Assembly: GCA_002633005.1 (NCBI GenBank)
Contig: NMRA01000156.1
Span: 584,488 to 648,487, forward strand
Source: Phoronis australis
Lineage: Eukaryota > Animalia > Phoronida
Length of the DNA stretch: 64,000 nt
Reading direction: 5' to 3'
Shown here: piece after piece, positions 38,791 through 52,482 of the stretch
Layout: every line of letters starts with the position of its first letter
Position numbering within the stretch: the stretch's first letter is position 1
Program-made: the position numbers and the translations under genes
Notes under the pieces: model-generated
Seen by the model: only the letters and a program-made list of their open reading frames with translations
The model's database searches: none
Told to the model about the DNA's origin: nothing

Positions 38791-41700
38791 TGCTCATATG
38801 TTGTTGTAGTTGTGGCATGCGCATAGTCCTTGCACACACTGACGAGTGGTTTTACATTTTGGGTAGCACGTGTACATTCAATCTGGTGATATTATACAGT
38901 TAGTCCATGCATATCAGGTCATGTGGCTCCCTCTATAGCAAGAAGTTAACCCTTACCCCAGACCTGTGAGTCTAACTAGAATTACATGTAAAAACTAGCC
39001 TAAGCCATCAGGGTTGTTTTGATTCGTAAATGAGTTAGCCACTATTGAGTATGAATGTCTAGACAAAAGCAAATCAATTTTCAATTTAGCTCCTGAATTT
39101 AAATTATAATTGTTAGTTCTGGCAATGTCATCAATCTTTTTTCTTCAGTCCTGTCATCAGATTTCAACTATTTCAGTCGATGAAATGTTCTCATATGACC
39201 AGTTGGATACTTGGGTTTTAGTAGAAAAATTGTGAGATGGTGTGACTCGCTATTTAAAATCCTAGAAATTTTGAAGAAAACTGTCTTCAGATATTATTCT
39301 CAATATTCCATTGTGTCTCCATGCTATCTAAAGTTCCAGCAACTTTATTGTGGCCCCTCTTGACAGACCTTGAAAGTTTCGTTCTCAGACATGCCCGGCG
39401 ACAGATTTGCCTAGTTGGTAAAAATTCCCCAATTAAGGGCAGTGAAAAATTAATACCATTGCTCAACACTGGAGCTTGTACCAAATTTTAGAAGTAGGCA
39501 GTGTTGACCAAATTCAAGAATTACGATTAGCTACAAATGATTGTCCACCTGGATGTTACACCTGCTGAATGCACATGGAAACATGGCTTAGATGGCTATT
39601 TTTGAGGACTTTATGAATGCCAAGTCTATTTTCAGACTCTTCAAGTAGAAAAATTAATGCTGAATCTTGATAAATATGATAAATGCTAACGTCACCCATA
39701 TTATGATTTTCATAATTAAGAAAATTCAGTTTCAGTTTGAAAATACTAAACATGGACCAAAAGCAAAGCTGGCTTTTTGTATTGTTAATAAACCAAAGCG
39801 GTTTAAACTTTTAAACTCGGTTAAAGGTTATTTTACGGTTTGAACACTTTAAAAATCTTAACTGTAGCGAGGTTATGATTGTGTTTAGCTAAGGTTATAA
39901 CCATTATAACTCGCACGACAGATGCAAAAGTAAAACTCTGTAGGTGGCGATGCTGTCTAATTTCTTTGGAAACAATGGCCCACCAAGGCACTAACTGGGG
40001 TGATTCAGAAATCGAGAGCACAGACGACTAGCGACTAAATCATGAACTAGGCTCACACCAGTTTTAACTGGTGGTGTGAATGGTAACGATTTACTGTTGA
40101 AAGTGTTACCACTGGGTGTGGTTGGTGTGAATGCAGCTTAAGATGTCAGACATTATGGAATTATAATGGAGTAAATAAAAACAGGAACTCATAAATAATT
40201 TTTTTGGGAATTAATCGTGGCAAAGTTGATGGAATTGAGAATTCAAGCAAATTTTTGTTCCAAATGCAAAAATTTTGCCAAGTAAAAATTTGCCTAAATA
40301 GATACTGGGATTATTTTTAGCAATTTCGTCATGGAATTGACATTATAATCAATATTTTGAGCATGTTTCAAATCTTAAAATTCTGCTTAACTTTACGAAT
40401 TGGTTTGTAATGCACTTTGCTAATTCACTTTCATTTCTGGACGAAACTTTCCAAAACAAGCCCGGTGTAGAGCTTGTGTTTGAGTAATGTTTCAGTCTGT
40501 CACTGACATTTGCGCCGCTGGAATTTAACTGACAAATTTGCCATAAGAAGGGAAATTCCCTTTTAACAATTACATACCCTTGGCCCCGAATACACTTGAA
40601 TTTTGTGCTGAAGTGTGTCACCTGAGATATGCATGTTTCATCTTGTTTCACTGGCGAAGTTCATGATCCTCGCTAAAAATGAGGCGCTAGGAAAAGACCC
40701 CTGTGTTGAGTTATTTGACCAAAATGGAACCATTTGTTCCTCTTGGGATATTTGAAATATCTACCCTATAGTATGATCTGTTGTTGACAAAGTTCACCAT
40801 CTCATTACTCCAACAAAAATGTGAAAGTTACAAAACAGACCTTTGCCAAAAATCGACGAATTTGCTGAGTTATTAACTAAAAAGTGATCATTTCCACATG
40901 TCCACATGTTACAAAGTACCAGCCAATGGAATGAGTTGAATCTCCATAATTTGAGTCATCACATACAACACATTTAGGTAAATATATTAATTTCATAATC
41001 AAAACCATCTTCTATTCATTTTTATTAACACTCTCAAGTGAAAAACTTGATCACACTATTTGAAATGAACAGTTCCGGTAACGTGTCTAAAAAAAGCCTT
41101 CTTGTGGTGTTCTTGCCTGTGGTTGTCACAACCATGTGTTATCTTCCTTGGCTTTTATGAGTGCTTTTTATAATTTCAATCGATAGCGTAATAAAACTCC
41201 ACTGGGTCGTACTAAATTCATATATTATGGGCAGCTGATATAACCCTGTTGTGAGCATTCATTTTAAAATGTCAATATTTGCTTAGTGTTGCCATATTAT
41301 AAACGTAGGACTTTGGCTGGCATTGTTTAATTTCACCTCATTTCAAATAATTACATTAATGTAAAGAGCACGACACGTACAGCAAGTTCAGCTTACAGTC
41401 ATTTTCCAAAAAACGTTGAGGATGTTTCTTTTTGTTTAAAACCACCTTAGTGATTGTGTGTTATTTTGCATCTAATTTTTGACACAAGTGGCGAAACCGG
41501 ATGAATTTCGGATGAAAATCGTCAACTTTTACAATAACTGCTAAAGAGTGCTGCAGTGATGGTCAAAATGGCCGACTACAAGTAAAGAATGATGAATGTT
41601 TGCTTTATTATAGGGGAGTGTTGCCTTTATAAAAGTATTTTTGGTCAAATTCATGTTCTCCTTATTGTGAAAGAAATTCTGAACCTTTCAATTGCTATAG

Positions 41701-42234
41701 CAGTTAAAATTGATAAAAATAGCACGTCCTCAAGCCCGAAGTGGTCATGTATTGAGTATAGTTTTTTACGTTACTTTGCAGTTCTGATGTCTTGATGACG
41801 CAGACACGCATAGACTTTCTGTCCCAGCCCCATTACGTAACAATTTGTGGTTTGCAATAATGCCATAAACAGGTAATAAAATAAAAACTAATAGTCAGAA
41901 TGATGGTTCACCCCGTCAGGCACACAGCATTTGAAATGTGTGACTTGATCACAATGTCACAGTTTCAATTCGAAGAATTGTCAATAACGTAATATGAAAA
42001 TTGACAAAAGGATTCTAAGTACATTTAAGAGTAACTAAATTATGCCCCATTAAACAAAAACGTGTTCAAAAAGGTCTCTCCCCTTTCAGTCAAAAGTAGC
42101 CATTGCATGCTCTATTCCCGGCAACTATGTTATAACCACAGAAAACAGGAGGTGTACTGATAAAGCATCACTTTGGCATTATGCATCTTTTATGAACAAA
42201 TAAGGACGTAAAATTTCACGTCAATTGTCCACCA

Positions 42235-42339
42235 TATTATACCATAACTTGGTGAGATTTTGGTTTACTACATATTTAATCTTGTTCATTTAGTTATCAA
42301 ATACCATGCTAAGGTTTGTATTATTATATATATGCATGT

Positions 42340-42388
<49 letters not shown>

Positions 42389-42470
42389 ATTATACCATAA
42401 CTTGGTGAGATTTTGGTTTATTACATATTTAATCTTATTCATTATTAAAATACCATGTTAAGGTTTGTAT
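42235..42470. repeat. ~85 bp direct duplication flanking an (AT)n(GT)n microsatellite
   Basis: tattataccataacttggtgagattttggttta…taaggtttgtat at 42235-42321 and 42388-42470; (AT)n at 42343-42378. Confidence 0.9.
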
Positions 42471-43249
42471 AATTTCCTGTAATTGGTACAGTTGCCTTCA
42501 GATGGGGGTAATATCAATCTATTTATCATTTCATTTGCATAATCACAAAATAAGAACATTGAAACTGAGGTCAGGTCATGAGGTTTCAAAGAGTGTTAAG
42601 GTCTAGGTCATTTGCTCTCACTCCACAAGGTGGAGCCACAAAACTGGTGACATTCATGGACATCAGCTGATGCTCAATGTCTGAGGAGTGAGTTAATATG
42701 AATGCTTGTAAATTTGCTAAGACAAATTTCATTGACAGGTCTCATTAAAATGACAGCTTTGACGAGTTGATGTAATTAATGCTAATGCTGCTTTGTGACA
42801 TTAGTTGGTTCTTCTTTACATGAAGTATGCCTCTATGTAACACTGCTTTTTTGATTAGTTTTGAATTTACTGGATAGTTCGTACTAGCTAGCGTGAATTA
42901 AAATTTTCTGAGCTTGGAAAACCTGTTACATGCAGTTTTAACGTGTTTGTGTGAACATTCATTCAATAAATAAACCTGTTTTTTCGACAGTGTTGCTGTT
43001 TTGGTGTTTTCCATGTAGGCTGTTCTGGCAAAATTTGGATCACACAGTTGAACATAGGAATGATCCACTTATTTCTCAATCGACGGTGTCTCTGTTGTTT
43101 AGATAAGCATAGAGAACATGTTCATGGTTTTAAATTTTTTCTACTGAACTGTTGTCGAAGTACACCAATTGGAATATTCATCGATGCTCCTGAGTAACTG
43201 ACGATTGCTGTTTTCAAAACCAGTATTAACACCAGACACAATACACTAC

Positions 43250-43800
43250 ACTGCCTCTCTATTGGCCAAACCACTCTAGGCATCATTGTGAATATTGGCC
43301 TGACTGCTGTGGTGCCTTGTAGTGGCAAGTTTAATTTTTGCCTCTGGCTCTTTGTCTACAAAATTCCTCGATAGAACTTCATGAAATTTGTATGCCTATT
43401 TGTGGATGAAAGTACAACTGATGAGGACTTTAGAACAGATGTGACTACTGTGGAGACCCCTGGTGGCAATTTTGTTTTACTTTGTGTTTGCCTTGATTAT
43501 CTACCAAGTTCATTGATGGATGCATGTTATGAAATTTGGCAAATATGTTGCTGTCACATAGATCACTTCACACCTGTCCTGATGGATTTGACCTGCGTTG
43601 CTCTCATGGTGGCTTTTTATTGTCTGCTCTTTGCTGTTTGCCTCCTTATCTTCCAAACTGATTGTAGAATCATGATGGAAGGTGATAGATGTGTTCCTCT
43701 TCAGGAGAGCATTGCCAGCTTGCTTTTCATCCTCTACAGATTATACCAAGTGTAGTGGCAGTGCTCCATCTAGTGGGAATGTTTAAAATAATAATCCTCC
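43250..43800 (+). repeat. Family B copy
   Basis: Shares cttgtagtggc, ttcatgaaatttg, cccctggtggcaattttg and tttgccttgattatctaccaag with 30150-30720. Confidence 0.6.
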
Positions 43801-44527
43801 CTTGTATCTACGACGTATGCAAATGGTTGGTGCATATCAACCCTCCGTGGTGCTTTTGTAACTATGGTTTATTGTGAATTTTTAACTCACTAAAACAACA
43901 CCCGATACAGCTTTAAATTACAAATATTCTCAGTCGCTAATTTGATGACGTTGGTTCTGGAGTTAGTTGGGCAAATGACTTAAAAATACTTTTTTTAAAT
44001 TAATTTTTCAAAAGCTATGAGGAAACGTAACAATGTATGACGTTAATAATTGATGACAAAAGTATGTTTTGCATACAGTTTTACCAGAGTGCATGAATTT
44101 TATGAGACTTTCTAGACTATTAGTCTGCACTTTGAATACATTATTGATGATGAGTTCAACAGAACGTAAATATGACCTTTTAAATATCTCTTTCAAGAGT
44201 TCACAGTGGGGAATTTTATTACTTTACAAAGTTCACATTTTGTTCTGAAATCTCACTGTGTTTCTTCAAGGTCAAGATGGTCGTCACCAGATGACCTTCC
44301 TGTGACCTATTTTTTCTATGATAGATTATGATTTTGTTCATTTTTGCCTTTTTTAACCATTTTATAACAAGTAGTGCTATGTTTAATGATTTTAATCAGG
44401 CATAAAAAAATGAAGATAATGCATTCATTGCAATTGAGTTTCTATGTTGCTGCAAATTTTTGTTTTATTTTATTTTATTTTATTTATAATGGTAATGTGT
44501 TTTAATCTAAGAATCGACTTCTCTCCA

Positions 44528-44633
44528 TTGTTATTGGTACTTCTCAATGGAGATTCGGTTTTTGTACCACACGTTATACTGTTGTTATTGGTACTTTACA
44601 AAGGAGATCTCGTTTTTGTACCACACAATATAC
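44528..44633. repeat. ~56 bp tandem duplication
   Basis: ttgttattggtactt…ggagat…gtttttgtaccacac occurs twice. Confidence 0.8.
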
Positions 44634-46160
44634 TATTCGTTCGTTAATACAGTTTTAAAAACAAAATCTAGTCCAAAATGCTGATTTTCATCTTAAGATC
44701 TTAGCCAAGGATCGAATCTCTTAAATATTTTTTAAGTATTAGTACAGGGATATTCCTCAGTGGAATGTGCCTTTGCGCCATTAGCGCATAAAAAATAAAA
44801 AAGGTGCAAGTACATTGCAGCAGTGCGCCCTTTTAAAATGTAACTCACTCTTCCAAAAATGCAAGATTCTAGACAACTTACAGCTAGTCGGGTAAAAAAT
44901 GACTCCGTTTTTATTTAAATTGTACTTGGGGTTTCTGTTTCAAATATCACTTAAATTACACTTAGTCTGCTGGGCACAACTTTTTTTGGAAAAAAGGTAC
45001 GCTTTTTATCATCAGGTGTGCCCATAGAGCAGAAGCTCAAATCTGCTCAGGAATGTTCCTGTAGTAGTAGATCAATTAAACCATATGTTTTTAAAATATG
45101 CGGTGATCACAGAATCTTATTATATGCATGAAAACAATGCCTTGATGTTGGTAATCACATGATTGTGTGTTTTCATGAATTTTTTTCACTTTAACCTTGC
45201 AAATTCTGTTTCTATGTGCTATTAGTTACAGAAGCATTTCTGGGATTTTCTTTTAAGAACATATAACCGTAGAGCTCAGCAAGACATTCATTTTTAAGAC
45301 ATGTTAATTTCTTCATTTTTGACAGCAGAGTGTGCTGGGGCTAAAAGTCCTTACAAACACAAAGACTTTGTTTTGTGTCTGATAGAATAACGAAACAGAT
45401 TTTGCAAATTGCATGCAAAAAAATCATATTTTTAGAAATTACCGCAGTGTCCATCAACATATTTTTTAAGAAATGATGATTATAAACATGTTGTCATTCA
45501 TTGGAAAAATTCTGTGTTCATCAGGGTTTTTAAGAAAAATGTCCAGTTTGGGACAGTCTCAATTTCTGATGCCGAAATTCAAGCAGAAGTTGCGTTTTCT
45601 TAATTGGGAATACTAGGACACGGGGCGGTTTTTGGCATTCGTCACAATTTTTAAAATGAAAACTTTATGTTATGTCTCAAAATTGCTGATAGGAATTTTT
45701 TATTATTCACTCAGTTTGGGTTTGATGTCAAATTATCTCGGAAAACACCAGGCATTTTTTAAAAAATACAGCGGTCTTATTGGTATATCGCTCGGTACAC
45801 GGAAACTAGGCATTTTAAAGTAAAATCCTATTAGCATATTTGAGACATAATGTTTAGTTTTCATTTAAAAAAGTTAGTAAAATCAACTGGGGGGGGGGTA
45901 TTTTGCTATGAATGTGCATTTCTTGCACATGAAAATTTGACTTAAAAACATGGTCATGTGACAAAAATAAAGACACAGTAATAAGAAGCATATTTTAGAA
46001 TCCTTGATCTTTCTCTTTTCAGAAAATATATACTTTTAATGGTTGACAAAGCAAATTTTTTTTCGATATTTGACTTTGAGTTGAGGTCGTTTATTTACGT
46101 CCTAGATAACCTTAACTCGTATTGCCTACTAACGCTTACTATTTTACTCATTGCTTTTAG

Positions 46161-46631
46161 GCACACCTTGATGGTGTTGTTAGCCGTAGCGACGCTAACC
46201 ACAGTAATGCGGAGAGTTTTGAAGACGGCGAGTTGAACGAAGATGAAGCTGGGGGCATGAGGACAGGAGACAACTCTGAGTTACCCGAGGATAACATGGA
46301 AGGAGATAATCCTCAAAAGCGGGACATTGAAGCAGGAATAGCGTATTGTGGTGAAGGTGACGTCAATGATGTTGATGACGCTGGTGATGGCAATGTCAGT
46401 GACACTTATGACACTGTTAAAGATGGTGATGACGGCGATGAGGCTGATGACGAACTAGAAAATGATGACCAAATTGAAGAAGAGTTGCAAAAGCTGGTGG
46501 CGTCGCGTCCAACTACGAGCAAGGCTGGACTATCTCAGAACCAGATGGAAATTCTAGAGCTGGAGATGAGAGCGCGGGCCATCAAGGCTATGTTGCAAGC
46601 CCAGGAGGCGAAGGAGAAAAAACTGAAGTGA
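46161..46631 (+). CDS. CAAP1: CAAP1 terminal exon: acidic region plus conserved C-terminal helix QMEILELEMRARAIKAML
   Basis: ttgcttttag acceptor, phase 0, open to TGA at 46629-46631. The C-terminal motif matches human QLELLELEMRARAIKALM. Joined CDS is 1041 nt (346 aa). Confidence 0.93.
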   Translation, partial: AHLDGVVSRSDANHSNAESFEDGELNEDEAGGMRTGDNSELPEDNMEGDNPQKRDIEAGIAYCGEGDVNDVDDAGDGNVSDTYDTVKDGDDGDEADDELENDDQIEEELQKLVASRPTTSKAGLSQNQMEILELEMRARAIKAMLQAQEAKEKKLK

Positions 46632-48641
46632 TTCTAGTCTGTGCGATCTTCACATTTAGTGGTAGTAAAATACAGCAATGCCCACGTCAAAGTTTTTGAG
46701 TTTCTTTGGAAACTCGGCCCATTTCACAGCACCTTTTGCTTTGTCAAAAGATTCGTACAAGAGTCGCTGCCGCCAAGAAGCCTGTTTATTAGCGAAGAAT
46801 GCGAGGGATGAAAGTTGACTTCATGAATAATCTGATACTTTCAGTCCAAACCATTTCCCCTTAGCATTCATGTTCTGATGGCATAAATTTATCATCAAGT
46901 GTTTTCTTTGCCATGTACTTGCTACTTTACAAGAAGTCTGCATTTATTTTTATTGTTTTGCCTCTGTAGAGTGCAACGTAAAAGTTGTCTTGTTTACCTA
47001 CTTCTCTGCTATCCGAGTACGTACGAACTATGCCTGAATACTTAACAATGGACTAAGTCTCGACTTGGAACCTATTGTCGTCTGGGAGTTGAAACCAAAT
47101 GGGAGGTTATTGTAATACAGTTTTAATGGTTGTGCACTTGATGCTTCAGATAAGCTGGATAAATTTGCCTTGTTCTGATAAAACTCGCAAAACAGTTTGA
47201 TGTAGCTTAAATTTTACTGTACATTCGATTTGTTTATTTTTTCCGCGAAAATCTCCACACTTAAACCTATAATTTACTGAGGGCTCTGTGATGGGTTAAT
47301 TTCAGTTGAGAGGAGGTTAAACCTCTTCCAGGAAAACAGGTATCACATCGAGAGATAAAGTTTTCAAAGAAAATTTGTATTTAGAACCAAAGAAAGACAT
47401 AGTCACCTTTTTAAATCTAACAGCTGTTGCTTCTCTCCAATCTCAAGCAGGAAAATCTGAGGATGCTGTTGTATGTGATGCTGAGAGCTAGCAATAGATG
47501 GAGCCGCATACACGTCTGTAATTTGATCTCGGCAGTCATGCGTTGTTGTGCAGGTCTGTCAGGTGCAACTGTCTTTTATGACATCACATTGCTGGCTTTT
47601 GGTGACTCATTTAACTTCTCCCAGAAGTATAAAATATGCTGTTTTTTTGTTCTTAAACCTATTATTTGCAAACTGCATTAAAAGTGTATCTGATTTTGTG
47701 TCATTTGCTGATCTGGGGATAGATACCTCCTTCAGTTCGAGCTCTGTACATCAGTGTATTGCTTATAAATTCTCTATTAAAACAGAATGTTTCCATTTCC
47801 AAGATGTTTTAGTCAATTCAGCATAACGGTATTTTACTTACTCTGCGAGATATTTTGAGCTTTTTCATAGTTGACTTTTACAAAACTGAACTTCATAAAA
47901 AGTAAGGCGAGGTTGTGAGTAAGTTGAACCATGCGAACATGGCGTGGGTAATATTGGCTGAATGGAGGTTGAATCTGTTTTCAGGGGGTCGACTACTCAA
48001 GTCAAATTGTTATTTAGTGGTGGGCCATTGTGAATAGTTGTCAGAACAGAAAAGCAAGAGAATATAGCCTACTCGGACCGTCTGACATGTTGGAATGTTC
48101 TCACTGTGTCATACTTCTAGTTTGAAGAATTTTGGTAAAATTTTGAACATTTGCAACCGTCAGAAGTGATAATTTGTGTCAAAAATTGAAGAATTTTCAT
48201 TGCCTTTTTTCTTCAGTGCGGTGGCGCCGTACTGATTGAACGACGAGTCAGAAACTATGTCGTATTTTGTAGTACACAGTGTTGAACCCCAAGACAGCAA
48301 TTCAGCTTTGCCTTTGGCGTCTATGAATGTTCTACCGATATGTTGCGTGTTCATATGTACAGCTGCCCGGAGTCATGAATATTTAAGAACACCAAGGAAA
48401 ATTACCCTCTAGGGATTTAGTGGTGTATTGACTTGGTTATAGGTCGATTTGATTATCCTGGTTTCAAGAGGAACGTAGCTGTTTTTGATGTTACATTTAG
48501 AAAAAATACAAATACAAGGGGCTGGCGTCTAATTTTTGGACTTTAAATTTTCTGTTGTACTTCTTTGTGAACTGTAGCTAAATAGCCGTTAGGCTGTGCT
48601 CGACTACATTATGGTTTATGCAAATGAGCTTCTAGTCCATG

Positions 48642-49094
48642 AAAAGAATCCTAGGTTGACACGTAACCCGTGGAGATTGGGCAACTCGACTTAGTGCACC
48701 ACAGAATTTGCCAATTCAGATCAAAGACACCGTGCTGTTGTGGTTAATTAAATCGCCTCAGGCTGCTGATGTTATCGATCCCTAGATAATGAGACCATCA
48801 TAAACACATTAGGGGTGACAATAGTATTTTTAAATTTTCTTTTTGAAAGTTTGTGAATAGTGTGATTTGAATAGTTCGTGAAAAGCACACGTGATGAATT
48901 TTTGAATTTTGAAAATTGATCGAGAAATCAGACTTTTACAACCTGAAACGATTTTTATTTTAATGTTGCAATTTGTTTAATGTTGCAATAATACATTCCT
49001 CATTAACTCTGCTGGGTGTGCATCATAATTTGGCCGATTGCCAAATCAGGAGGCAGCAGTTGGATTTTGAGGTAAACCAAGTGTCATCGTACAA
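48642..49094 (+). repeat. Direct repeat, copy 1 (partner 52082-52482)
   Basis: Long near-identical blocks, e.g. ctagataatgagaccatcataaacacattagggg and ttggattttgaggtaa(a/g)ccaagtgtcatcgtacaa. Confidence 0.85.
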
Positions 49095-49199
49095 TGTCAG
49101 CATATAGAACATCATATCTTAGAAATAGCTTATACTAGGATTCGGGCATTAACGAAACCTCTCGTTCGATTTCAACTCCAGCCTTAGCTAGGTGTCTAT

Positions 49200-49454
49200 C
49201 CCTGGGGGTCACTCATATTGACAAGGTGCCCGCAGGCGTGTATCAAAAATTGCGGGTTGGTAGTACTTTTTCAGCAAGTTTTGCGAGGCCCAATAGGCCC
49301 CTAAATTTCCATTTTGTCCCCTAAAGTCAGAAAAAATACCCTGCAAAGGGGTGGGAATTAGCAGACCTGGCACTCACAATACTGGGGGGTTTCTCAGCAA
49401 TTTTTGTTTCACACCTGCAGACACCTTGTCAGTATGAGTGACCCCCCTCCAGGG
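49200..49454. mobile_element. MITE with ~55 bp TIRs and a probable 8 bp target-site duplication
   Basis: ccctgggggtcactcatattgacaaggtgcccgcaggcgtgtatcaaaaattgc mirrors gcaatttttgtttcacacctgcagacaccttgtcagtatgagtgacccccctccaggg. Flanks are gtgtctat / atgtctat. Confidence 0.8.
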
Positions 49455-50599
49455 ATGTCTATCTAGTCCATTGTTATATTAGTGTCTCTGTCTTCTTTTG
49501 TCCAGCATCACAACTGGCATGCCAATTATTTCCCGGCGTTCAAAGAATTACCAAAACCATTTACCAACCTGTGCCAGAGAACCAACTTCAAAGGTATTTA
49601 TTTAATTGGCTAATTTTTGTCATATTTCTTTGTGTATAATTGATCCTAACTTTTTTGAGAAATTCAATTTCAAAAGCTAAATAGTTAAAAAATGACCAGT
49701 TTTAGTCGATGCGCGATATATCAATTTATTTTAGCCAGTATTTTATGGCTGTGATGTCATGGCTAATCACACTATCCAACCTTGTATCAGTGCTCTTGAC
49801 AACAGCAGAAGTTGTACAAATCTATCAACAAAGTACTAGGTGCTGTGGAACAAATCAAACTTTCAGATACTACTGTATGCTGTGTTCTCTACAACTCTGT
49901 TAGGAACTGCTTTTTAATATTGCCCCACTCCTTCATGAGGGACTATGAAAAATAAGACTTATCATTTTCAGAAAAAAATCAGAAGTTGCGTGAACAAAAA
50001 AGAAATGAAAATTTAGAAAACTGTAACAGGTTTTTTGAGATTTGAACACTTATATCAAGTAAATTTTATCCCATTATTGTTGTTTTGCTGTTGACGTACC
50101 TTTCTTGTTTTTCTAAATTTTAATAAAAACATGGTCACATGACCCAATTAATAGCAGATGAGTAAAAAATCAAAGGCTACACGCTTTCTAATTTCAGAAA
50201 ATATATAGTTTTTCTCCTTTAAAATTTATAGTATTGTTATTTGGTAAAATGCACTTTTCAATAAGGTCATCTATAGCCAAAATTTATTTAGAAGTGTTTT
50301 GTCAACAACCTCAAGGTAAATTTTACATTTTTGCTCCAGATGTCCCTGTTTGGGCAGCTCTGATGGAAACACTAATTTTGAGACCCCAGATATTTTGCAG
50401 ATTTGCAGTAGGCAAAGACCAAAATTCAAGCCAAGGGACACAAGAAAATGTCTCTCTAACAAAACCAAGGATCTGTATAGCCCCCACATGTATGTAGTTG
50501 TATGTTGCCCAAATAAAAGAAGTCAGTCATCCAGGCACTGTTACGGTCAAGTCAGTGCCTATTGTAATCCCAAATGGTGAAAACCATTCACATGTAAAT

Positions 50600-51800
50600 G
50601 GATGGCTGCACGAGTGGTGTCATCATCTCCATCTGACATGCCTGCTGTTACTGCTAAACCCTTAGGTGGACGTTTCGTGAAATTAATTTGTCAGACGTCT
50701 TCCGTTATGGATAGGATGGCACGTGCAAGTTTTGGACGACTTGGGCTACTACTGAATCAGCCTCTTCTGTATCCTAGGTTGCATTATTTTATTTTTTTAC
50801 CTTTGTCTCTGTTTCTTCCCATGTCCTCATTAGATTTTCATGAAAGCTTTCTTGTACGAAGATGACACTTTCCTGTGTTCGGGCAAAATCGTGTACTCTG
50901 TGCCCCGAGTTGCCATTTTATTAATTATTAATTCTGTTTTGACATCAGCTAGAATGACAAAATTTAGTAGATGTGTTCCTGATTCGTGGTCAGATCTCAC
51001 CGTAGCACCCCCTAGTGGCATGTTTTGCCTCTGCCTTAGTAGCTATCAAATTCCTTCATGGATTATTGTGAATTTTTTTCTGCGGGCTTCTTAACTGCGG
51101 AAAAGATTTGCTCTTGTCAATTTTGGGACAAGTCCTACTACTGAGCAATCAATAGAAATTTTTGTCATTTCTGCACGTGCCTGAATATCTTGCTCCCTTG
51201 TTAAGATTTTCATGAAACTTGGAAAGCTTCTGTTAGAGACAATGGAACTGCCAGTTGCAGATGGATTCTATCTGTTCTGCATTCCCTCAAAAGTGCCCTT
51301 TTTATTCTTTTTGTGTCCATTTTTGTTTTGGCGTCTGCCTCCTTATCCGCCAAACCACTTGAGGAGTCGTCATGAAAGTCGACATATTAGTTCCTATTGA
51401 GGAGGGCTTTCCGACATCCGAGTACAGTGGTGACTGCGTTTGGCAATCTATGTCTGCCTAGATATCTGGTAAGTTCTATGCGGATCCTCATGAAATTTGG
51501 CATTTGTGATGAGTGTATGACGTCACTGCCACTGATTTCCAGCCAGTTGCTACTCTTAACTAAGGCACTTCATTACCTACTCCTTGATAAATCTTCATGA
51601 AGTTTGCCGTGTGTTCATGTTGAAAATAGCTTAACAGGGATTGGTTTTATACAGTGGCATTCCTTGAAGCAATTGTTTTTTAATCTACTAAGTTCTTTGG
51701 TGGTTTTTCATGCATGGGGAAAGTACCTTTGCTAGTGATTTTAGATGGATCTGATTGCATCCATCTTATTATCTACAAAGTTGATGGATTTTCGTGAAAT
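50600..51800 (+). repeat. Family B copy
   Basis: gattttcatgaaa, caccccctagtggc and gtctgcctcc..ccaaac subrepeats as in 29500-30800. Confidence 0.6.
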
Positions 51801-52081
51801 TTGATGTACGTGTTCTTGCTAACAAGGGAGCACAATGTTAATTTGTGATAGGATTATATTTGAAAAAATGAACCATCATACATCCAAGCCATTTGCGATC
51901 CACACAGTGGGCACGCGTCTGCACTGTGCATCACACAATCATGTTAATACTTTATGAGACTTGTTGTATGGAAATGCCACTCAACCTGCAGTTTTGAAGG
52001 AGGCTACATTTTCTGAATCAGTGAAATTCCCTATGAAAGTGGGCTCCCTTTGAGAATTAAAAAGTACAAAAAGTTCCTCAT

Positions 52082-52482
52082 TAAAGGAATCCTACACTGG
52101 CACCCTAACCAGTCGAGACGGGGCAAGTCGACCGGTTTGCGGACCCCCAGGGAAATTGCCAGTTCAGATTAAATCGCCTCAGGCAGCTGATGTTATCATT
52201 CTCTAGATAATGAGACCATCATAAACACATTAGGGGCGATAATAGTATTCTTAAATTTTTGTAAGTTTGTAAATAGCCTATTTGAATAGGTTGTGAAAAG
52301 CACACTTGATTAGGTTTTTGAATTTTGAAAATTGGACAAGGAATGTAATCTTTACAAACTAAAACATTTGTTTAATGTTGCAATAATATGCTCCTCATTA
52401 ATTCTGCTGCGTGTGCAACATATTTGGGCCAAACCACCAAGCAGAAGTTGGATTTTGAGGTAAGCCAAGTGTCATCGTACAA
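52082..52482 (+). repeat. Direct repeat, copy 2 (partner 48642-49094)
   Basis: Same blocks as copy 1. Begins at ttaaagg, a typical TTAA-targeting transposon end. Confidence 0.85.

Noticed and set aside
43381-43755. 124 aa ORF as a gene
   Set aside because: It lies inside a family-B repeat copy and has no recognisable domain.
46039-46236. 65 aa hydrophobic ORF as a separate gene
   Set aside because: It is an alternative frame spanning the intron and the CAAP1 terminal exon. The conserved CAAP1 motif lies in a different frame.
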